A DNA stretch of 64,000 nt from assembly GCA_043824255.1 (NCBI GenBank), contig JBDRTG010000047.1, positions 160,001 to 224,000 on the forward strand, read 5' to 3'. The translations under genes were made by a program, and so were the position numbers. This stretch comes from a bacterium. GTDB taxonomy: Bacteria > JAHJDO01. Each line of letters begins with the position of its first letter. The first letter of the stretch is position 1. Under the pieces are notes generated by a model, which had not been told where the DNA came from, searched no databases, and was given only the letters and a program-made list of their open reading frames with translations. Of the stretch, positions 41,794-48,399 are shown one piece after another.

Positions 41794-42512
41794 CTCTCAC
41801 ACTTCCTTTTTTCAATTAGCTCATTAGCTATTTTAAGCGATTCGAATGTGCCGGCATCTATCCACCATCCTTTTAGAATATGATATGTCATATCTCCCTG
41901 TTCTATATATTTGTTATTTACGTCTGTAATCTCAAGTTCTCCCCTTGCAGAGGGCTTCAATCCTTTGATTATCTCAAACGCTCTTCTATCGTACATATAC
42001 ACTCCTGTTACTACATACTTGCTTTTAGGTGTTTTGGGCTTTTCTTCAATTCCTTTAATCTTATTATCAACAATTTCTGCCACACCAAATCGTACTGGAT
42101 TCTCTACCTCCTTCAGTAAAACCTTCGCGCCTGTTTCCTGTTTTCTGTATTCATTAATATAAACACTCAAGTCCTCTTCAAACAGATTATCTCCCAATAT
42201 TGCAATAACTTTATTCCCTCCTGAGAATTTCTCTCCAAGTCCTACTGCCTGCGCAATGCCTCCAGCTTCATCCTGAACCTTGTATGTGAATTCGCATCCG
42301 AACTCTTTTCCACTGCCAAGTGTATTAACCATATCACCCATGTGGTCAACACCGGTAACCACTAAGATTTCAGTAATATTAGCATTAACTAGTTGTTCGA
42401 TTGCATAATAAATAATAGGCTTTTTCCCGACAGGCAAGAGATGTTTATTAATAACTTTCGTCAAAGGATAAAGTCTTGTACCTGTGCCGCCTGATAGAAT
42501 TATTCCTTTCAT
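41790..42512 (-). CDS. rfbA: glucose-1-phosphate thymidylyltransferase (short form)
   Basis: GGTGTRLYPLT, LGDN, RFGV, EEKP, PSARGELEITD, WIDAGT. Confidence 0.88.
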   Translation of the reverse strand: MKGIILSGGTGTRLYPLTKVINKHLLPVGKKPIIYYAIEQLVNANITEILVVTGVDHMGDMVNTLGSGKEFGCEFTYKVQDEAGGIAQAVGLGEKFSGGNKVIAILGDNLFEEDLSVYINEYRKQETGAKVLLKEVENPVRFGVAEIVDNKIKGIEEKPKTPKSKYVVTGVYMYDRRAFEIIKGLKPSARGELEITDVNNKYIEQGDMTYHILKGWWIDAGTFESLKIANELIEKRKCES

Positions 42513-42531
42513 AACATCTCCACGTTTTAAC

Positions 42532-43500
42532 TCAAAACTTAAAATCTTTTATTATTAACTTCAATGTATCATCCAACCCGTGTTTTGGAAAGCCGCTCAT
42601 TCCCGAAAGCGTTCGGGATAATTTGGATACGTCAGGTATTCTCCTGCGCATATCTTCAAAACCATGCTCATAAGCCTGGTCATAAGGAATATGAACTATT
42701 TCTGAAGAACTATTCGTCAACTGCTTTATTTTCTTTGCCAGATCTTCTATGCTTATCTCCTCCGTACCTCCAATATTGAATATCTGGCCAATCGCTTTAT
42801 CCTTTTCCATTAAAGCAATTATTGCGTTAACTACGTCTCCAACATACGTAAAACAACGTGTCTGCTTACCATCTCCATATACGGTTATCGGCTTTCCGGA
42901 TAAAGCCTGCTTTATGAATGTGGGAACAACCATTCCATATTGCCCTGTTTGCTTTGGTCCAATCGTATTGAAAAATCTGGTGATCACAACCGGCAATTTC
43001 TTTTCTTTCCAATATGCCATTGCCAAAAATTCATCCAGCGCCTTGGAACACGCATAACTCCATCTTCCAAACGTTGGAGGACCAATTAATAAGTTATCAT
43101 CCTCTTTATACGGTATATTTTTACTTTTTCCATACACCTCTGAGGTCGATGCAATTAATACTTTTTTGTTCTCTTTTGCTGCAGCTTTCAATACAACTTC
43201 TGTCCCATGCACATTGATTTCAATTGTTTTAACAGGACTTTTTACAACCAGCTGCACCCCAACAGCAGCTGCCAGATGATATATTATATCCACTTTATCC
43301 ACTACTGAACTAAGCAATGTCTCATTTGTAATTGTGTCAGTATTGAGATGGAACTTTGGATTTGTTTGAAGGTGTTTTATGTTGTCAATACTGCCTGTTG
43401 ATAAGTCGTCTATTATATAAACTTCATGCCCAATACTGAGCAATTTCTCAGCCAGGTGCGACCCAATAAACCCGCAACCGCCTGTAACTAATATATTCAT
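42532..43500 (-). CDS. NAD-dependent nucleotide-sugar epimerase/dehydratase
   Basis: GGCGFIGS, HLAAAVGV, STSEVYG, RWSYACSK, RFFN.IGP, GDGKQTR. Confidence 0.92.
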   Translation of the reverse strand: MNILVTGGCGFIGSHLAEKLLSIGHEVYIIDDLSTGSIDNIKHLQTNPKFHLNTDTITNETLLSSVVDKVDIIYHLAAAVGVQLVVKSPVKTIEINVHGTEVVLKAAAKENKKVLIASTSEVYGKSKNIPYKEDDNLLIGPPTFGRWSYACSKALDEFLAMAYWKEKKLPVVITRFFNTIGPKQTGQYGMVVPTFIKQALSGKPITVYGDGKQTRCFTYVGDVVNAIIALMEKDKAIGQIFNIGGTEEISIEDLAKKIKQLTNSSSEIVHIPYDQAYEHGFEDMRRRIPDVSKLSRTLSGMSGFPKHGLDDTLKLIIKDFKF

Positions 43501-44621
43501 TTTGTTAATCCTCTTTCTTCAAGCTCTATTTTTGCCTGTTCTATTTTATCCTCTGCATGCTGTTCTTTTACCCAGTTTACAAGCTCCTCAATTCCGTCCT
43601 CAAATTTATGCTTTGGAGAGTAGCCGAGTTTTTCCTTTATTTTAGAGATATCAGCATAGCAGTGCCGGATATCTCCCTCTCTGAATTGATAAGTGATTTC
43701 AGACTTTCCACCAAAATTTAGCCTGCTTATAAGCGCATTTGCTATATCCAGAATAGACAGCCTTCTTCCTGTTCCCACGTTAAACATTTCATAATTGGCT
43801 TTATCGCATTCCATTGCAAGCATATTTGCCTGCGCAATATCTTTAACGTGCACAAAATCCCTGCTCTGAAGACCATCCTCATATATTATTGGCGCATGAT
43901 TATTAAGAAGTCTGGATGAAAAAATAGCTGCAACTCCTGTATATGGATTTGATAAAGCTTGTCTTGGGCCGTATGTATTGAAATATCTCAAGGCAACTGT
44001 TGGTATGTTGTATGCTCTTCCAATGCACAGGCACATTTCTTCCTGGTCCTTTTTTGATATTGCGTAAATTGATGTAGAATTTAACGGCTTTTCTTCATTA
44101 GTAGGAATTGGTTTAGCGTTTTCCCCGCAGATATGACATTTCATCTCCCACTGCCTTTTTTCCAGCTGAGCAACAGGCCTCAATTTTGGAGATATTCTGC
44201 CGCATTTAGAACATTCATACTCGCCTTCTCCGTATATTGACATTGAAGACGCTACTATGAGCTTCTTGATTTTGTCTTTGCGCTTTATTATAGCCTCAAG
44301 CAAATTAGCAGTGCCAAGTGTATTAACATTCATATATTTCCTGATTTCATACATTGACTGCCCAACGCCAACAGCAGCAGCCTCATGAAAAATTATCTCA
44401 ACTCCATCTATTGCTTTTCTCACATCATCCGGATTTCTGACATCCCCATTTATAAACTCCGCTTCTTTATTAAGATATTCCGGAATATCTGCATTATCTC
44501 CATGCACCTGAGGATCAAGATTGTCCAGCACTCTGACCCTATAGCCTCTTTTCACTAATTCATCAACGATATATGAGCCAATGAAGCCCGCACCGCCTGT
44601 TACTAAAACCAGTTCTCTCAT
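43497..44621 (-). CDS. NAD-dependent nucleotide-sugar epimerase/dehydratase with a Cys-pair insert
   Basis: GGAGFIGS, AAAVGVGQSM, SSMSIYGEG, CxxC...CxxC, YAISK, NPYTGVAAIF, GDIRH. Confidence 0.92.
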   Translation of the reverse strand: MRELVLVTGGAGFIGSYIVDELVKRGYRVRVLDNLDPQVHGDNADIPEYLNKEAEFINGDVRNPDDVRKAIDGVEIIFHEAAAVGVGQSMYEIRKYMNVNTLGTANLLEAIIKRKDKIKKLIVASSMSIYGEGEYECSKCGRISPKLRPVAQLEKRQWEMKCHICGENAKPIPTNEEKPLNSTSIYAISKKDQEEMCLCIGRAYNIPTVALRYFNTYGPRQALSNPYTGVAAIFSSRLLNNHAPIIYEDGLQSRDFVHVKDIAQANMLAMECDKANYEMFNVGTGRRLSILDIANALISRLNFGGKSEITYQFREGDIRHCYADISKIKEKLGYSPKHKFEDGIEELVNWVKEQHAEDKIEQAKIELEERGLTK

Positions 44622-44650
44622 AATGCCTTTCTCCTAAGTTTTATCATTTT

Positions 44651-44685
44651 ATCTCATACACATCCGTTTTGCCAAACATTTTGTC
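44651..44685 (-). repeat. gene-end direct repeat, copy 3
   Basis: Minus strand GAC AAA ATG TTT GGC AAA ACG GAT GTG TAT GAG ATA AAA TGA = DKMFGKTDVYEIK*. 29/33 identical to copy 2 and 28/35 to copy 1. Confidence 0.85.
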
Positions 44686-44727
44686 TAATCATTTTCTAAG
44701 ATGATAGACATTTTAGTCAATAATTTG

Positions 44728-45372
44728 CTAATCCGTGGATACCAAATCATTCCCTGCAGCACATAGTATTTTGTCTAATTCTTTTTGAGCAAAAGACCTA
44801 ATTTTAACATTCGGGATTTTTCTTATCCATTCTTTGGTCTTTTTAAAACTAAATGATTTAGGAAAATGCAATTCAGGAAAATGCCCAAATTGTTTTTTCT
44901 TGCGCGCCGATAAATACAGACAATCAACCAAAGCTTTTTCCGGCTCCGCTATTAAGAAACTACCTCTTCTTTTATACCAATCAAATCCATCAAAAAATGC
45001 GGGAGCTATCCGATGGATAAAGAAAGTCGCTATCTTGGTATGAATTATCCTTGTGTGAACGGTTGAAGCAAGAGTAACCGTCTGAGGAATCTGTCCAATT
45101 ATTCCGTGTAAATGTAATGCTGTTATAAAAGAAACATACGAGCGGTGTCTCGGGAGAAGAAAGGGAATTACAGCATAAGGACTTAACCGCTCATTAGTCA
45201 CTTCGGCCCAAATGCCCCGATATATCTTAAAAACCACACCCTGACTCTGAAGAAAATTAAGCGCCTGAGTTGTAGTTGATAAAGATTTTCCAGAAAAAGC
45301 AGATAATTCGTGTGTTGTAAATACCGGCTGATGCAATTGTTTAATAAATTTTAAAATAGTGGACTTAGGCAT
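44728..45372 (-). CDS. type IV TA antitoxin, AbiEi family
   Basis: wHTH-like N-terminus (VFT...L...G...RG.W), SYVSF.TAL.LHG.I.Q.P, IAEPEKALVD.LY. Confidence 0.85.
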   Translation of the reverse strand: MPKSTILKFIKQLHQPVFTTHELSAFSGKSLSTTTQALNFLQSQGVVFKIYRGIWAEVTNERLSPYAVIPFLLPRHRSYVSFITALHLHGIIGQIPQTVTLASTVHTRIIHTKIATFFIHRIAPAFFDGFDWYKRRGSFLIAEPEKALVDCLYLSARKKKQFGHFPELHFPKSFSFKKTKEWIRKIPNVKIRSFAQKELDKILCAAGNDLVSTD

Positions 45373-46153
45373 ATGTTTTTTTTATTTCCTCAATAAAATT
45401 AGCAACCTTTAGTTTAATCTCATCCCACAAGGATGGTAAATTATAAATAGATTGTTCCTCAGCAGATAAATAAGAAACCACCGTATCGCTAAATTGCTCA
45501 AAACTAACCTCAAACAGATTTTTATACGCTTTTTCCAATGTAGACTCATTTGTTTTAATCCCATCCTTCTTAACAGGCTTATACTGAGATGTTAAAATAT
45601 ATAGATCGAAAATATCCCTTGCCTGAATTATAATTCTATCGGAAAGAGCCTCTATTTTTTGAATTATTGCAGATTGGATATCATAATGAGAAACTACTAA
45701 GGGAGATAATTTATATAAACGCATAATGAGCGTTGATACGGGTTGGACAACAACGTTCCCTTTAGATTCTCTGCGTGAGAACTCAATCTTAGTAAAAAGG
45801 TCTTCATTCGCAGGTGTAATTAAATGAATTTTAAATCTTTGCGTTGTTTCGGTCTGTTTTGCTTTTGCAATTGCGGGAGTAATGACTCTTTCAATTCCAA
45901 ACGGTTTAAGCTCTTCTTGAAAGGATACAGATTGTAGTATCTTCATTACCGCATCACGCAAAACATCTACTTCCACAAAGCGGATATCCAGATCTATATC
46001 TTCCGAATAGCGAAAGCTGCTAAAGAAAAACCGCATATTCACTCCGCCCTTAAGAGCGTAGTGCTCCGGTTTTATTCTTCTCCCAAACCATCTTAAGAAT
46101 TCCAGATGAAATACTTCCCTTAATTGTAGCGGAGTATATATTCTTTCTTCCAT
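45365..46153 (-). CDS. AbiEii/AbiGii-family nucleotidyltransferase toxin
   Basis: LKGG, RYSEDIDLD, KIEFS, QKI.AL..R, ARDIFDL. Confidence 0.88.
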   Translation of the reverse strand: MEERIYTPLQLREVFHLEFLRWFGRRIKPEHYALKGGVNMRFFFSSFRYSEDIDLDIRFVEVDVLRDAVMKILQSVSFQEELKPFGIERVITPAIAKAKQTETTQRFKIHLITPANEDLFTKIEFSRRESKGNVVVQPVSTLIMRLYKLSPLVVSHYDIQSAIIQKIEALSDRIIIQARDIFDLYILTSQYKPVKKDGIKTNESTLEKAYKNLFEVSFEQFSDTVVSYLSAEEQSIYNLPSLWDEIKLKVANFIEEIKKTYA

Positions 46154-46161
46154 AATTATGT

Positions 46162-46190
46162 ATTATAATTTAGTTACATCTAAATTGCAA
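46162..46190 (-). promoter_or_regulatory. sigma70 promoter with operator-like inverted repeat for the AbiE cassette
   Basis: TTGCAA-17-TATAAT ending 8 nt before ATG 46153, with no RBS. The 7-bp IR AATTTAG/CTAAATT spans the spacer. Confidence 0.7.
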
Positions 46191-46200
46191 TATATTTATG

Positions 46201-46238
46201 CAAGAATCTCATACACATCTCTTTTGCCAAAGAATTTG
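46201..46238 (-). repeat. gene-end direct repeat, copy 2
   Basis: Minus strand AAA TTC TTT GGC AAA AGA GAT GTG TAT GAG ATT CTT GCA TAA = KFFGKRDVYEILA*. 33/38 identical to 48408-48445. Confidence 0.85.
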
Positions 46239-46278
46239 CAATAGTTTAACCATTGGAAGTATCGTAGGGATTTTAATC

Positions 46279-47058
46279 TCAATCAAATTTCTCCTGATTT
46301 TCCACAACATCGCGACTGCATTTTTTATAATCATAAATCTCTATTCCATTATAGTACCAGTCAAACATATCCCTGCGCAATTTAGCCCTCCATATCTTAT
46401 CCTGAGATTTTCGTTTCAAATTATAAAAAACCACCCCTTCGGCAAAAATTTTGTCATCTTTATCTGCTTTGGCGGTTTTTTTGATATAAAATCTGGAGAA
46501 CAGCCAATCCTTAAACCACAAACTCAAATTATCAAAAGTGCGTTCATGCTCATGAAAAGATTTATATCTTAAACTTGTTATAGCTCTGTCAAAAGGATAC
46601 CAGAGATGAAAATCAAGTTTATATGGATTAGCCTGCAGTTTCGGACCGATCAGCTCTCCTGACTGCTCGCCGTTTTCTTTTATATACCCCTTATCTATGG
46701 ATCTGAATAAGCCTTCCATAATGAACCCTTTTCCTCCCACTATCTGTAAAGGATCAATAATATTTTTCCTGTTCTGCACGGCAGTTAGGCGACTGTCTTC
46801 AGTCTTGATTTTTATATTCGTGCCATCAAGCTTTTCAACGGCAATCGTATCCTCGTCATCAAATACCCATTCATAACCGGGATTTATTCTGTCCACCGCC
46901 AAATAGACTTCAGGCGACCTTAAATTAAACTGCGAGCGAAATTTTTTATACTGTTCACTATTAACTTTGAATGTTTGCCGTATGAAAGGACAGTACAGCT
47001 TAGGAAAATCACTCAACATTGCGTTCATATTTATCATGCGCTCCTTTAATTCCTTCAA
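46279..47058 (-). CDS. ATP-dependent RNA ligase-like protein (RLIG1/C12orf29/DUF5565-like)
   Basis: Motif I EKLDGTN, ELIGPKLQANPY, motif IV EGVVF, motif V AKLRR. The true start is probably ATG 47037 or 47028 (AAGGAG upstream). Confidence 0.75.
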   Translation of the reverse strand: MKELKERMINMNAMLSDFPKLYCPFIRQTFKVNSEQYKKFRSQFNLRSPEVYLAVDRINPGYEWVFDDEDTIAVEKLDGTNIKIKTEDSRLTAVQNRKNIIDPLQIVGGKGFIMEGLFRSIDKGYIKENGEQSGELIGPKLQANPYKLDFHLWYPFDRAITSLRYKSFHEHERTFDNLSLWFKDWLFSRFYIKKTAKADKDDKIFAEGVVFYNLKRKSQDKIWRAKLRRDMFDWYYNGIEIYDYKKCSRDVVENQEKFD

Positions 47059-47074
47059 TTTTTGTATTTACTGA

Positions 47075-48298
47075 TTAAGGGAGAGAAGATAACCATTGAT
47101 GAGCGGTTACAACCAATACATTGTTCCTGCCATTCTTAAAATATCTGTAAGTATTCTCGTTATTAACAAGCTGGACTGCAGGAACGTCTAAAATATTTTG
47201 AAAATGCAGTAAACTTTTGGAGACTGTTTCGTCCGAAAATTTTGCTTCTACGAGTAAAACAGGATTATTCTTATCCGCTATAAGAAAATCAACCTCTTCT
47301 TTTTCCTTATTCCGTATAAAATGCAGAGTAAACCTTCCAAGCCCATAATCATTCCAGTTATTTATAGCCCTGAACAACTCAAGAGCAACCATATTTTCAA
47401 ACATACTCCCCTTATCCTGAATCTCAGTATAATTAAAAAGATAAAGCTTTTTCTCCTTTGAAATCGCTCTGCTTATTTTTCTGGTCCAGGGCGATATCCT
47501 AAAAATAAGATAAAAAGATTCAAATAAGGTCAGCCAGCTTTTTATGCTGTCAAACGCTGTCTGAATATCCTGAGCGAGATTATTAATAGACAGAGGACTT
47601 CCAACTTTTGACGGAAGTAAAGAAAACAACAAATCTACAGAATTAATTCTTCTTATATCTGACACATCCCTAATGTCCTCCCGAACAATCTGATGATAGT
47701 AATTTGAAGACCATCTGGTTAAAAACGCTTTTGTTCCTTTTACAAAAGGCTCGGGGAAACCGCCTGTATTAAAAAGAGCATCCCATACCTTCTTTGTAGA
47801 TTGTTTCTTGTTTATATCAAAATCTTTTAATGGATTGTCCATGAAATCATTAAAACCTCTATTCTCTCTGCTTAATTCAGCAATTGTAAACGGGAAAAGG
47901 TGGAATTTAAAATATCTTCCAGCAAGAGAATCGCCTCCCTTCTGATAGGTATCAAGCCGACCACTACCTGAGACAAGAAAAGCATACTCATTTTTAAATT
48001 CATCATATATGCCTTTTAAATAATTTTTCCATTGTCTGTATTTGTGTATCTCATCCAATATAACTATAGGTTTGGTAGAATCAACCCTGTTTATATGCTG
48101 AAAAAACGCAGGGTCTTCAATCAACAATTTTTTGTTAGAAATGATATCCCAGTTAAAATAATATTTGTTGGAATAGCTCCTTGCAATAATTTTAGCAAGT
48201 GTGGTTTTCCCTACCTGTCTTGGACCGCTTAAAAAAATCATCTGTTTTTTAGATGATAAAGATTCCCACAAATTAATGTATAATTTTCTCTCTAGCAT
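47075..48298 (-). CDS. AAA+ ATPase with DUF4143 (COG1373-type) and a C-terminal PD-(D/E)xK-like motif
   Basis: GPRQVGKT, ILDEIH, GSG, SLAGR, GGFPE, FEN.V, EVDF...VEAK. Start set at ATG 48298 (track GTG 48313). Confidence 0.9.
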   Translation of the reverse strand: MLERKLYINLWESLSSKKQMIFLSGPRQVGKTTLAKIIARSYSNKYYFNWDIISNKKLLIEDPAFFQHINRVDSTKPIVILDEIHKYRQWKNYLKGIYDEFKNEYAFLVSGSGRLDTYQKGGDSLAGRYFKFHLFPFTIAELSRENRGFNDFMDNPLKDFDINKKQSTKKVWDALFNTGGFPEPFVKGTKAFLTRWSSNYYHQIVREDIRDVSDIRRINSVDLLFSLLPSKVGSPLSINNLAQDIQTAFDSIKSWLTLFESFYLIFRISPWTRKISRAISKEKKLYLFNYTEIQDKGSMFENMVALELFRAINNWNDYGLGRFTLHFIRNKEKEEVDFLIADKNNPVLLVEAKFSDETVSKSLLHFQNILDVPAVQLVNNENTYRYFKNGRNNVLVVTAHQWLSSLP

Positions 48299-48304
48299 AC
48301 TACT

Positions 48305-48342
48305 ATTTTGCACTATATTGGAAAATAGTCAAGACTATTTTC
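48305..48342 (-). promoter_or_regulatory. putative promoter with a palindromic operator for the ATPase-ligase cassette
   Basis: Perfect palindrome GAAAATAGTC-AA-GACTATTTTC (48321-48342) overlaps TTGACT. CAAAAT lies 16 nt downstream, 6 nt before ATG 48298. Confidence 0.55.
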
Positions 48343-48347
48343 AATTC

Positions 48348-48380
48348 CCCCAAGAATTTTTGTAAAAATTCAGGGGCAAG
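48348..48380 (+). repeat. mini palindromic element CCCC-hairpin-GGGG-CAAG (intergenic)
   Basis: CCCC AA GAATTTTT GT AAAAATTC A GGGG CAAG, 33 nt. Confidence 0.65.
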
Positions 48381-48399
48381 CCCCAGACACTTTTCATCT

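Noticed and set aside
46198..46572. 124-aa plus-strand ORF
   Set aside because: Antisense to the RNA ligase gene, with no recognisable motifs.
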